A DNA stretch of 45,950 nucleotides from Octopus bimaculoides (taxonomy: Eukaryota): positions 33,582,787-33,628,736 of the forward strand of contig NC_068984.1 in NCBI RefSeq assembly GCF_001194135.2, given 5' to 3'. Below, in pieces: positions 12,205-24,880 of the stretch; position 1 is the first letter of the stretch; every line of letters begins with the position of its first letter. A program made the position numbers and the translations under genes. The notes under the pieces were generated by a model. That model made no database searches and had not been told where the DNA came from. It saw nothing but the letters and a program-made list of their open reading frames with translations.

Positions 12205-12612
12205 ATTAACAGTAACTGCACGATAAAGTGTAGTATATTGCCACTTAAGTGTGGCTGACCCCTAGGGGTGGATGTTACTGTTGCTTTTAGCCCCAGGAGG
12301 ACATCTCCTCCAGCTGGCTTATCGACACACGACTGTGTCCTGTTTGCCAAGGGAAGTTATCCCTCTCACCTCGATCAGCAGCACGAACGTATCCGGATTT
12401 CAGGGTTATTTCCCTTCGTCGGCGTTCGACAGCTGATGACCTTGGTGAGAGAGACAAAAACCTGGCAAATTTATATCTTCTTTTCCAGTGAAATTCTTCA
12501 CTGATATTGAAAAGGTGAAAACAAGCAATGTTAATTCTCTAAATGAAGTATTAACAGTAACTGCACGATAAAGTGTAGTATATTGCCACTTAAGTGTGGC
12601 TGACCCCTAGGG
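12205..12612. repeat. Exact 63-bp direct repeat (12205-12267 and 12550-12612) around a 282-bp GC-richer repeat-like segment
   Basis: ATTAACAGTAACTGCACGATAAAGTGTAGTATATTGCCACTTAAGTGTGGCTGACCCCTAGGG occurs twice identically. The first copy begins at the gap edge. Confidence 0.95.
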
Positions 12613-13436
12613 TTATCGTTTGGTTTGCGCTTAAAAATTGAAAGTGGACTACACTTTTCATATCCCAACAAACAAATGACAACACCATACTTAAGTGAAG
12701 TCCTTCTTTAACATGGGGTGCTGGTATTTCTCCTTTTCCTACCCACGTTTTCGGCGCTTTTCATTTTTATAGAGAACCCATTTCTTCTCACCAGTCACTA
12801 TTCGGTCCACAAAAGGTTCATTCGTAAGACGTGACTGCGAAAAAGAGCACACATTTAGTGCCTGCACTTGATAAGACTCGGAAAGTTTGTGAGGAACCCA
12901 GTGACCCAACTTGCTGAATTTTCTAGTGGCACGCAGGTGTTGATGAATGGTTGAATGACCAAACCCAAGCTTATCTGCTAGTTCCCCAGCAGTTACGATG
13001 GAATTTTGTTCCACCAGGGTTTGCAGGACATCCTCATCGAGCTCTATATATCTTCCAGGTCGAGACTCGTCTTCTAGGCTGTAGTTTCCAGCTCGGAATT
13101 TCTGGAACTACCGTTGACCCTGGCTTACGCTTATTTTCCGATCCACATATACTGCATAAATATTCCTCGCACTTTCCATTGCGTTGTTGTCTTTATTGAA
13201 CTCATAAAGCAAAATATGCCAAATACGTACCTATGTTACTTGCATCTTAGATTTGAAAAAAATAACTGTTAAAATCGAATTGCACTCTTCAAAACTTGCA
13301 TTAAGAATAAGCATAAGGCGAAAAAATTATTACCTGTTTTTATAGCAAGTTGATGCAGGTAGTTCATCCCTTTCGTCCCATCGATTTTTAGTTCATGCAC
13401 TTAATAATACCGCATTACTTATGGGTTGACCCAATA
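12613..13436 (-). mobile_element. Mariner DNA transposon, 5' half (TIR plus decayed transposase, truncated inside the catalytic domain)
   Basis: Left TIR TA|TTGGGTCAACCCATAAGTAATGCGGT ends at 13434-13436. ATG at 13245 gives MQVT*VRIWHILLYEFNK..FQKFRAGNYSLEDESRPGR..HSTIHQHL..KLGHWVPHKL..RIVTGEKKWVLYKN..VCWDMKSVVHF..NQTIT. No right TIR was found. Confidence 0.92.
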
Positions 13437-13459
13437 TGTGTGTGAGTGAGTGTGAATAC

Positions 13460-13516
<57 letters not shown>

Positions 13517-13535
13517 CGTGTGTGCGTGTGTGTAC
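13437..13535. repeat. (TG)n microsatellite
   Basis: Direct inspection. Confidence 0.97.
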
Positions 13536-13540
13536 ACGTA

Positions 13541-13850
13541 GGGGCAGTGACTGAGTGTGGTTCCGAGTTCAGTCACACTGCATAGGATCTTTGGCAAGTG
13601 TGTTCTACTATAACCTCGAACTGACGAATTCTTTGTGAGTGGATTGGGTAGACGGAAACTGAAAGAAGCCCGTCGTATATATATATGTGTTTCCCTCACC
13701 CAGCTGCCGCTTGGAAACCGATGTTGGTGCGTTTCCTTCTCGATAGTCTAGCGGATCAGCAAAGAGACGGATATATTAACTACTAGGTTTACAATATATT
13801 AGTCCTGGGGTGAATTTCTTCAGTTAAATGACTGAAACAAGTAAAAGAAT
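13541..13850 (+). mobile_element. SINE family B copy (head partly deleted)
   Basis: GGTTCCGAGTTCAGTC.CACTGC..GGCAAGTG..GTAGACGGAAACTGAAAGAAGCCCGTCGTATAT...AACCGATGTTGGTG...ATGACTGAAACAAGTAAAAGAA. This core is shared with the copies at 32744 and 41685. Confidence 0.85.
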
Positions 13851-13895
13851 AAAATAATATATATGTAGTGTGCATAGTTTTACATAATCATATAC

Positions 13896-13933
<38 letters not shown>

Positions 13934-14362
13934 GCGTTTGGATGCGAATATCTAAGAAGGCAATATATGTACAAACTTACATATATGCATCTATTGAATT
14001 TTCTTCCTTTTATTCAGTGTACCTTTATTCTTCACTCTCAATATTTTACTCTACAGCTGGTATCGAATGCGGCAAATTATCTCCCTCTTCTTTCTACCAT
14101 ATTAGTTCGAATGAAACAATATGCGTAGGCGCTGTAATATACTCGTGCACACATCCACTCTCTATTTCTCTTTCTCTGACTATCTTTCTCACTCTCTCTC
14201 TCTCTCACGCACACATAAGCAAACAAACAAATGTACACTCATGCACACAAATACACTCACACACCAGATACAATATTCACACACATTAGCACACAAACGC
14301 GCATATGCGTATATGCACGAAATGTTTCTGTACTTGATAATGGACACAATAGTTTCATATAC

Positions 14363-14408
<46 letters not shown>

Positions 14409-16739
14409 NNNNNNNNNNNNNNNNNNNNNNNNNNNNNNNNNNNNNNNNNNNNNNNNNNNNNNNNNNNNNNNNNNNNNNNNNNNNNNNNNNNNNNNNNNNN
14501 NNNNNNNNNNNNNNNNNNNNNNNNNNNNNNNNNNNNNNNNNNNNNNNNNNNNNNNNNNNNNNNNNNNNNNNNNNNNNNNNNNNNNNNNNNNNNNNNNNNN
14601 NNNNNNNNNNNNNNNNNNNNNNNNNNNNNNNNNNNNNNNNNNNNNNNNNNNNNNNNNNNNNNNNNNNNNNNNNNNNNNNNNNNNNNNNNNNNNNNNNNNN
14701 NNNNNNNNNNNNNNNNNNNNNNNNNNNNNNNNNNNNNNNNNNNNNNNNNNNNNNNNNNNNNNNNNNNNNNNNNNNNNNNNNNNNNNNNNNNNNNNNNNNN
14801 NNNNNNNNNNNNNNNNNNNNNNNNNNNNNNNNNNNNNNNNNNNNNNNNNNNNNNNNNNNNNNNNNNNNNNNNNNNNNNNNNNNNNNNNNNNNNNNNNNNN
14901 NNNNNNNNNNNNNNNNNNNNNNNNNNNNNNNNNNNNNNNNNNNNNNNNNNNNNNNNNNNNNNNNNNNNNNNNNNNNNNNNNNNNNNNNNNNNNNNNNNNN
15001 NNNNNNNNNNNNNNNNNNNNNNNNNNNNNNNNNNNNNNNNNNNNNNNNNNNNNNNNNNNNNNNATGAGAAAAATAATAAGTCTTGAAAATGTGCTAATTT
15101 TTATACAATAGATATACATATGTTAATAAACAAAGGTTAATATTTTAAAATAGATTAGTTGAATTTATATGAATGTAAAATGGCAAAAATATGTTTTCAC
15201 CTAACAAGATTTTCCTGTAAATTTTGGTGTAAAAGTAGAAGTGTATATTTTCACAGGGTGAGTTTTACGCAGGTAACACAATGAGTGAAAGAGAGAGAGA
15301 GAGAGAGAGGCTGGAGGGGGAGAGAGAGATAAGAATTACATATTTGTATGTGTGTGAATGTCTGCGCGTCATTTGTGCGGGAAAGTGGCTTCTTTGTTAT
15401 ATTATTTTTCATATTAGGTATTTTTTAACAATAGCCTTGTTGGCAAAAGATTTCTACCATTGGTTGAAAAATATTTTTAAGAACAGAATGAGCAACTCGA
15501 GCGATACAATTTTTTATTAATATCGGCACTTGAGACACCATTAGACTCGGAAGACGTTATGTGTAGTATTAATAACGTATATACAAGCATAGAGCTACTG
15601 CTCCTGTAAACTTTTAATACAGAGTAATTTCACAAACCGACGAGTCCCAGAAACACGCAAGCTTTCTTGAGAAGTTTCTCTAAGATAAAGCATTTCACCC
15701 AGTGCGTTTTCGTCTTTCTATATCCACCATACATTTTATTATATGCGTCGTTCTTTTCAATATTCCACTGATATTGTTGTTCTGAAGCACTGGTTGTTGT
15801 TGGTTAGCTGATCTAAATGTAGCCCTCGCATCTTTTTTATGAAGGGCTGTATTGTACACTGTTTGTGGTTTAGGGATTGTAGTGTGGATTCAAATCGGGA
15901 GATTGTGGTTTTAATTCCTAAACCGAACGGCAAGAAATTTTCTTGGGCAAAATATTGTATTTCACATTATCCCTCTCCACCTCAGCAATGGTTAGCGATT
16001 AACCGTGCGAAAATTTGATGTCTCGAGCAGGAGAGTATTTTCTTGGCGGTCGCTTCAACGCTATGGAAACAGGGATAAGTTCGTGTCAGATACAGGACCA
16101 ATGATATCCAATGTACCGATCCTTTTCGATATTGTAAGGTGTGATCTGAGTAAGAAATTTCAAGCAAAGCAAGGTATCATACGAGGTTATAAATGATAGA
16201 CTGATGATGTCTATGAGTTTGAATAGATAGCACAGATTAGTCCTTAGCTGTGATAAGTGCTATAGAATTCGTGGAAAGAACATTCGCAAAACAATCAACA
16301 AAGCATTAAATTTCAGAGTGATAGAAGCAATTTGAACAATTTATATATTCGGAGATATTTTGTATTTCAGTGATGTACAAGTGATAAGGAAATATCATCC
16401 TATATTTAAAACCTGGTAGGGAGCAACTATCATCATTTCGTTGGTTACGTGTTTTTGTGTAGTCTGCGTCACTTCTCTCAGTCCTTTCTCATATAACTAA
16501 TGAAGTACGAATACGTATCTGCCCAAGGCAAGCTTATCTTGGCTAACATTGTTCAATGCTTCCTTCCTTTTTAAGGTGCTATGTTGTAATTTGAGAGACA
16601 TTTGGATGCCGTTCCTTCTATTAAGGTTTGATCAATATTTGTGTATCGGAAACAATTTGCTTAATATCCTTATCCCTCCCTCTATCTATCAACCGACCTC
16701 TAATGCTTTCCCTATCACTCTTTATATATTTGAGTGCAT

Positions 16740-16900
16740 GTGTGCGAGCGCGTGTGCGTGTGTGCGAGCGCGTGTGCGTGTGTGTGTGTGTGATTTGATA
16801 CATATAGAAACATACTTTATATATACGCATTTCTGTCTGTTTATCCTGCTTCCTCCCGATTTTTCTCGAGTTTTACCTCCCTTTTTCTTTCCCTACACAT

Positions 16901-16938
<38 letters not shown>

Positions 16939-16943
16939 ACACG

Positions 16944-16977
<34 letters not shown>

Positions 16978-17116
16978 CGTGTGGAAAACTATGTATATGT
17001 GTATGTATGTATGTATGTATTTTTGTATGTGTTTATATGTATATATNNNNNNNNNNNNNNNNNNNNNNNNNNNNNNNNNNNNNNNNNNNNNNNNNNNNNN
17101 NNNNNNNNNNNNNNNN

Positions 17117-17167
<51 letters not shown>

Positions 17168-17615
17168 CATACATGCATACATACATACATACACACGTCT
17201 GTATGCATTTATATATACAAACATACATAAACACGCTCACACTTACGCATAAATTCGTATTGTTAATTCACAAATTGATTGTGTTTGGTCCTCATTGTTA
17301 TGCAACTTTATCTAATATATTTTATAATTGCTGGACTGTAACTAAGGAATGTTTCTTTGTTTCTTGTTTCATTTCCCCAGTTTCTCTCCAATTATTGTAT
17401 ATAGTGTCTCGCTGAATAACAATTCCCATCGATTATCACACATTGTAAAAATTGATCTTATATCATAATTCCGTCAGAGTATAAGAAATAGTCTCATAAT
17501 AGGAGATTTACTAACCTTTCTGGTAATAGGAGATGGAGAACATTTCTATTTCGACGGTCAACTGACACCATGCACACACACTATCACATATATACATTAT
17601 ACAAATATCTATCTA

Positions 17616-17661
<46 letters not shown>

Positions 17662-17990
17662 ATATGAAATATATATAGATATATATACATGTGTATATAT
17701 TTATATATGGGTGTATGTGTGTTTGTATATATATGTATATATATATATTTATATATATATACACATATACATATGTATATATATATATATACACATATAT
17801 AATTGCATCATTATATATTTATACATACATATGCATATATGTATATATATATAATGATACAATTATATATGAGTGTATGTGTGCGTGTGCTTGTGTGTGT
17901 GTAGAGTTATGCAAATTTAAAGAGAAGAGGAAGTTAAAATGAAAGCTATTCATAAAGAGAGATCGCTAGGGTTTGTTTTTCTGTATATAT

Positions 17991-18045
<55 letters not shown>
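16740..18045. repeat. Cluster of compound (GT/CG), (AC), (AT), (ATAC) and (CT)n tracts including a 70-bp N-gap
   Basis: Direct inspection. These tracts are the source of many spurious H/T/Y/I/C/V ORFs. Confidence 0.93.
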
Positions 18046-18051
<6 letters not shown>

Positions 18052-18649
18052 TACAAATGATACCGGTGTCTATTGAAAGCAGTAAAACATTGAAATGTTG
18101 TTATGTACTAAGGTTGATTAGGATATTCAAAGAATCAACTGTAATATGAAACTAAATATTGACGTAGTTTTGAACATTTAGAAGCAATTTGCTAAAGGCT
18201 CCTGAAAGAAGAAATACATCTTATTGTAATAAATTACTTTTATGCTTTTTATTGCATCTATCTTTTTTTTTTTTTACCATTCAACTCAACACTGTTATCT
18301 ATCTCAAGGGAGAGTTTAATTTACGTTGTTTCATTGTGGATAATTCTTTTAATGCGTGAATCGATAAAGAACGATTTCTTTTCACAAGGCATACAGCCAA
18401 ATTTGAAAGAAAACTGTTTTTATTCTAAGTCTTCATTCATATCGAAAACTTGTGCTGCTCTTGTTATGTTAGAATTCGCTGAGACACAGCTACCCTGGGA
18501 GTGCTTGTATTATGGCTTAAGGCCAGAGAAATTTTACTTAGTACAACAAGGTATCGGAAATTCTCGTTTACTTATAATTATTTCAAGGTATACTCATTGA
18601 ATAAGCAATGTTATTTTTCTTAATTGCAGACATTAGCACCATAAACTTT

Positions 18650-19412
18650 TTAACAGTCAACCGATTCACCATCGACTCAGGTCAGTAGCATTGCAACTGT
18701 ACGTTATGGTTGTCTGGTACATATGATCTATATTCAAAATGGCACAGTTCTTGCAAACCTTGATGAATACAAGGGACATGTACTTTGAAGGCCTTTCGTT
18801 TTTGTCGGAAATAAAAATTCTGAAAAGAAATTGATGATGAATAGCTGATGTAAGAATGAAATATACATCATGGATCTTAGCAACCGTTGTGTCACCATAC
18901 AGGTTTTAACACAACAGCGATAAATATTATATGACCAAGATTAGAGACAAATGTCACAATATGGGATCATGAGGAGCGGATCACATGGCATAATCTATCT
19001 AAGCTGATGATCTTCAACGCATAGGATGTATATAAATGTATGTGTGCGAATGTGTGCGCTTGTGTGTGCGTATGTGTGCGCTTGTGTGTGCGTGTGCGTG
19101 TATGTGTCCTTGTGTGCGCGCAGGTAGATGTGCTGGTTTGTGTACGCGCGTGCGTGCTTTGAAGTTGTCTTCCTTGTTTGTTGGTATCACTTTCTAAACA
19201 ACCATAATCTCAGTTAATCGAATCATTTAAAATTATTATAGTAAATATATCAGATACAACAATATTTCTATTTACTCTGGAGAATAGACCACTGAGATAT
19301 CTTATCATCCATTTTGTTTGTATTCATTATCACTACATTACCTTTTATTCCCTCTTCATTTTCTTTCTCTGTCTCACTCGCTTCCATCTCTCCATATCCC
19401 ATTTATTCTCTT

Positions 19413-19446
<34 letters not shown>

Positions 19447-20780
19447 TACATCAAACTACTAATTATATACAAATTCTGGGTGCACCACCGATATAGCTCT
19501 ACTAACGCCACTCTTAAGAGTTCGGATTCAGAAGGGTATCAAGCCAGGAAATAGCATCTCTCCATAGCACATTACTAAATGTTAAATGTTATTGGAGACG
19601 AAAGAAATGCCGTTAAGCACTTTGTTCTACATGCTTGTGATTCTGCTGGCTCGCCGCCATATTAGATCAACTAGAGTAGTTCGTATGCTGTGTTTAAAAC
19701 GTATTCTCTCTGTGGATATTGTCTCTTCTGAAGGCCAGACCAATTTTTCTCCCAGTAGTCATATTTTGCTCTACCATCCACAAAATAAAAGTATGTTCTC
19801 TTTGATGTCCAACCAAAGAATTCACCATCTTTTGGTCAGCACAGATCGATTGCTGATATTCATATGGCACAGTATCTGTATGACAATTTTGACATTTTCC
19901 TGTTCTCCTTTAAGTTTAATTAAATAGAAAGTTTTTACAGCTACATGCCATTATCCAGAGAGTTATAATAAATAAACGCAAACAGGTATTTCAAAACTTC
20001 TAGTGGAACAGTCAACAAAATACGAGAACATTACTTGATATCGATATTCTTGTAGTCCAGGGACAACTACATTATCAAGAAAACTTCCAAGGATGTTATT
20101 GCAAAAGACAAGATCATCTTCGTTACATTAAGAAGTATCTACACCCCTTTTGATTAGCTGTCATTTTTACTTCCACTTATAGGTAGTTTCTTTCTGTTAG
20201 CCAAAAGCCTAAAACTTGGTAAAATACTATCAGATAATGCGGTCTTATATCAGATAATGAAGTTAATTTTTTTTCTCTTTTTATTTTGGGTGGGGGAGCA
20301 TTTTTGCTGTATCCGAGATCTTGTCTCGAAATCATCTTCACTAATGTCATCTATAGAACACACCAATTACTGAATTTCTTTAATATCTGACTAAAAAAGG
20401 TCAGGCAAAGAGATAAACACTTGTAGGTATATGTTACTTTGCACATTCCAAATCAATATATGCTCATTTTTATTATAACTATTGATTGAAAACTTTCAAA
20501 TAAACGATACAAAAAGAACAATCACTGATCACTGTGGTTGCTTTGTGGCTCTCACCACTCCATAGACACTTGAAAATTTTAATTTGTTTTGTCCACTGCT
20601 TTGACGCCACAGAAGCTTTGAAAATCTATGGAAGATCCGATGACAGATCTTGACTCCAAAATAAGAAGGATATACTTGTTCTTCAAAAGCAATTGTTTTA
20701 CTGTACTTTCTAAAGAATATTCGCCAAAGATCTAGTAGACTACATTTAGTTGTATAAGCTGGCTCTTCGTCATGAAGTAG
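18650..20780 (-). pseudogene. Decayed hAT-superfamily transposase (ZNF862/C17orf113-like motif pattern), interrupted by a SINE and microsatellites
   Basis: Collinear minus-strand motifs: RLLANRKKLPIS..LIKRGV..CNEDDLVFCNNI, then QVMFSYFVDCSTR (first catalytic D, about 20011), then FVDGRAK/MTTGRKIGLAF (DGA..M.G..G motif, about 19735-19780), then NERPSKYMSLVFIKV..LNIDHM (ERxFS.M..IK..L..D dimerisation-like, about 18740-18810). Order and spacing fit a hAT transposase. Confidence 0.65.
19570..19665 (-). mobile_element. SINE family A head fragment inside the hAT fossil
   Basis: Minus strand ATGGCGGCGAGCCAGCAGAATCACAAGCATGTAGAACAAAGTGCTTAACGGCATTTC matches the family A 5' end. Confidence 0.7.
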
Positions 20781-22134
20781 TAATTACTTCTTTATCTCAA
20801 AGACATAATGAAAATACAGTTATTAAATATAAAGACAATTTTAATAATAGGTTTACAATACAATTTAATGAAATAATAATGTGCAAGTGTAAAATATCTA
20901 GATTAATATCCTAGTGCACATGTCAGCATAAGTTGTTGGTAAAATTAAATGATTCAGCATTATCATCAAAAATATAAAATCAGGCATACATGCAATTTCA
21001 TCATCGACATTTTAAATAGAGTATATGTAAATATAAGTTCCTCTTACTTTCAAGTAATATGAAATATGAAATAGTAATGTAAAGCACGGTTGTCTTTTGA
21101 AATAGGATTATCAGCATGTATAAAAAGAATTCACTACAAACGAGTATCGAAGTTGTATCATTATAATATCGGCAAATGTTTTTCTGAATTGTTTTTTTTA
21201 TTTTTCATTGCAATCATCCTACAGCTAAAAAAAATCAGTTAATACTATATTTAATGTAAATGGATGATATTTTCTGAGCAGAAAAATGTGTAATTCAATG
21301 TTTTGAATAAATATTTGTCCTCTAATAACTGCAGATAACTTATGAAGTATGAATGGAGATTCTCAGCAGAGATATGAACGCATGATCGTGAATAACGAAG
21401 CCGAGTATTAGACGAAATCTTGTTGAGCAACTTTCCGTCGTCACAGCCTTCGTCATTGCCCTATATATCTCTCCTGTTATTATTTTCTAGACTGAATTGT
21501 TGAAATTGCTAATTAAATAGAAAATGCCACTGATTCAAACGAAACAATTTCAACGAATTGATTTTAGTTTATTTTCGTTTATTTCATTTCACTATTTTAA
21601 ATCTCTATTGCTTTTCATGTATATTATTTTATTTGTTTGTATTATGACTTTGATAGAATTTTGATTTTTGTAATTAATAAGAAACTATATTTCAGATAAT
21701 GTTGGTTTTATTCTATCTGTTTCCGTTCTTTATCATATTTTCGTTTTTAATTAGCAAAAATATGCACAGCCAAGCAATTAAAAACCTTCTCCCATTATTA
21801 AATAGAAACAAATAAAATATTGCAATGCTTACAAAAGACACTTAATTATTAGCGAACATACTTCAATGCGAGATATTGAATTACACACTAGTCGGTAATT
21901 TTGCTTCAAAAATTACTTAAACGTTTTATTTTAAATATATAATACCTCAATATTCTAGGAATGTATTGTTGATTTATTTAATAAGTTTGTTTTTAATTAA
22001 AAACAAGCCATAGATATACAAAGAGATAAATCGATAAATGCTACATATCAAAATAAAAGGCATGTGTTTAGTATATTATAAATGCATTCATATATGCATA
22101 CAAGTGTATGTCTGTGTGAGTATGCATGCGTGCG

Positions 22135-22210
22135 TGTTTTAGCGAACGGTTAAGAAATTTGCATCACAATCACAGGAACCCAGTTCGAACCCGCTGCGTG
22201 CCATCTTCGA
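22135..22210 (+). mobile_element. Possible SINE family B head fragment
   Basis: CGGTTAAGAAATTTGCATCACAATCACAGGAACCCAGTTCGAACCCGCTGCGTGCCATCTT has a B-box-like GTTCGAACCC. Confidence 0.5.
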
Positions 22211-22621
22211 AATGTAACAAATCATGCAATTTGACTGCTATGAGACATACGAGAGAAGCATAGAAGGTCATCTATAGCATTATACAAGCAATTCAATGGC
22301 TGTGCATATTTGAAATGCAGATCCTCTTATATATTAATTTAGTCAATCGGACAATTGAAACCTCATTGTCGTGGGACAGAGGTCCATCTCTACTATACAT
22401 ATATATATAATGTGTGTTTGTGTATGTGTGTAAAGGATCAAGGTGAAGCAAGTTAGTGAGCTTCAAGTAATCCGTAGAAGATTTAAAAGCAACTTTCAGG
22501 AAAAATGATGATTTATTGGTGCAGAGGTCGTGCAGAGGTCCCATATCGAAGTACGATAAGCTGAAAGAAGTTAATTTTATAGTTCACAGTTAGAATTAGG
22601 CGTCGTTGTTTATGGAAATAA

Positions 22622-22930
22622 ACATTAAAAATTTAGGAAATGGAATGGAAAAAATTCAGGCTCACATATGCTTCATAGTTAGTAGAACCTCGAGAATAGT
22701 AAATTATCCAACCGTGGGTAGACAACAAGTTAATCTTCAGGCCTTCTTTGAGTTAAAGCAGGATCTTCCTACGACAACGTACACTTCATATAATCAAGGT
22801 ATCCTTGGCCTGAAGAGTAAATTGCGGTCTACCCCTCGTTTAGATTATTTACAAGTTCCGAGATTCCATTATATATGAAACATAATTAGCCTGGATTTTA
22901 TCTACTCCATTCCCTATTTTTTTTGGTATA
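22622..22930. repeat. Foldback (MITE-like) inverted repeat: arms of about 120 bp, spacer of about 63 bp
   Basis: Arm 22622-22743 (..TTTAGGAAATGGAATGGAAAAAATTCAGGCT..GTGGGTAGAC..TCTTCAGGCC) aligns to the reverse complement of 22807-22930 (..ATAGGGAATGGAGTAGATAAAATCCAGGCT..GGGGTAGAC..TCTTCAGGCC), roughly 70% identical by eye. Confidence 0.85.
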
Positions 22931-24188
22931 TATATATATATNNNNNNNNNNNNNNNNNNNNNNNNNNNNNNNNNNNNNNNNNNNNNNNNNNNNNNNNNNN
23001 NNNNNNNNNNNNNNNNNNNNNNNNNNNNNNNNNNNNNNNNNNNNNNNNNNNNNNNNNNNNNNNNNNNNNNNNNNNNNNNNNNNNNNNNNNNNNNNNNNNN
23101 NNNNNNNNNNNNNNNNNNNNNNNNNNNNNNNTATACACACATACAAATATATATATATTTATATATGCATACACACACATATATATATGTATTCCTGTAT
23201 GCACGTCTGTATGTATGTAGGTAGGTAAGCTGGTAGGTCGGTTGGTAGATAGGTAGTAGGTATGCATGTATGCTTATATATATATATATATATATATATA
23301 TGCATTCATACAATGAGAATGAGTGTTCAACACTGCTTTGGTGGATAAAGATTCATTATTTGTGTATTAAAACTACCATTGGTTTCATGTTAAGGAAGCC
23401 CTGAACAATTTTCAAGCGTATCACAGGGAACGTCGATGTTCGTCTCCATTTTGGAGATGTCATGTAAAATCACGATAAAATATCTTGCGAGATTTTTGGT
23501 AAGCAAAAATTCAATATATATCGTTCAACAATCCGTGGCTGCTGTGGTCGGATCAGAAAAGACAATTTATAGATTTAGTATGTTAAACGCAATATACCTC
23601 AGAGCTAGACGAGATTAAGTCATCCCAGAAGTGACCGTTAGACGGACAGATGCGTATTACAATGCATCATGTCTTGTCACACGTGAGTCACAAACGCTGA
23701 ATATAATCTGTGGTGTGTATTCATTTTCAAAACTTCCTGTCACCACTTGAACATCACAAGCTGACAGGAATTACAGACCAGGTTAATAAATGAGACATGC
23801 TCTACTTTTCCTCTCGGGTACGTGACAAATTATATTCAGGTGAAAAATCCTTCAGCTGAACACATTGTATTATTTCGCTAATCAGTAGTTTTACCACTGG
23901 TTTGATGATTAGATACAATTGTCTCCGTCTGTGATTTATAACCGCATAGTCTCAACGTAGTTAACCGTATTTTAAGCATTAGAGCTGTGGGTAAATAAAG
24001 CCTTCGGAAGTATAAGATTTATTATATCTTTTAATACATTTTTGCCAGTGTCTTTGTGCTCACAGGAATAAAAAGAAAAATGTACATATAGACATAATAA
24101 TACATGTGTTTGTGTATATAACTGAGTGCGTAAATAGGTGTGAATATATCGGTGAATATATATATGTATATATATACATATAGATATC

Positions 24189-24228
<40 letters not shown>

Positions 24229-24880
24229 TATAGATAGTACATATTACGTACACATTTAGAAGTAGTGTTTAAGTATTACCATTTTAAGAGCTTTAAAATG
24301 GTACTACCTGGATGTATGTTTGCATTTTTCTCAAGTAAATAGTGGTACAATAACAAGAGCATGTACATTCCTTATAGACGTATAGATAATTTTTGACTCG
24401 GATTAAAAGCCTTCACTAACTATCTATACTCCGTAGGCAAACATAGAAATTCGACAAGTAAGGATCTTTATTTCAAAGATATTGTATCTCATTCATCTTT
24501 ATTACACTTTGTGTACGTTGTTAATACGTCTATATTTTTAGCATAAATCATCCAATTACGTAGACTTGCGATTAGTGTACGAGGAGAGTTATATAATAAA
24601 ACCGGCAACATATGACTGCATTTATTAATTAATTTCATAGGAGTTCCTGTCTTGTTGCATAGACCTGATTAGTTGAAGAATTAATTAATGGATTCTAGAT
24701 GGTGTTCGTATTCAGAAAAGAAAGAAACCTTATGCATGTTTGTGGTTTTCAGGTAGATTTTATTAATGATGTCTAAAAGTTATTCGAATTAAATTTCAGA
24801 TACTACGATGTTAGAAACGAATGCTCTAATCAGAGAATCTGGCTGCTTTTCCAGAATTAATGGATACACATATGATGCTA

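Noticed and set aside
12425-12470. CTGATGA followed by an A-run, and CTGATGA at 5174
   Set aside because: There is no GAAA box or UH triplet in the required position.
18389-18680. Two plus-strand phase-1 exon candidates (18389-18550 and 18630-18680) with good acceptors, a 79-bp intron and an LPWECLY peptide reminiscent of CHAT domains
   Set aside because: The second overlaps the antisense end of the hAT fossil, no further exons chain convincingly, and such sites are common in AT-rich DNA. Spliced RNA-seq reads would revive it.
20140-20230. SAP-domain-like motif RLLANRKKLPISGSKND-LIKR on the minus strand
   Set aside because: It needs a frameshift and is better explained as the AK..LP.S region of the surrounding hAT transposase.
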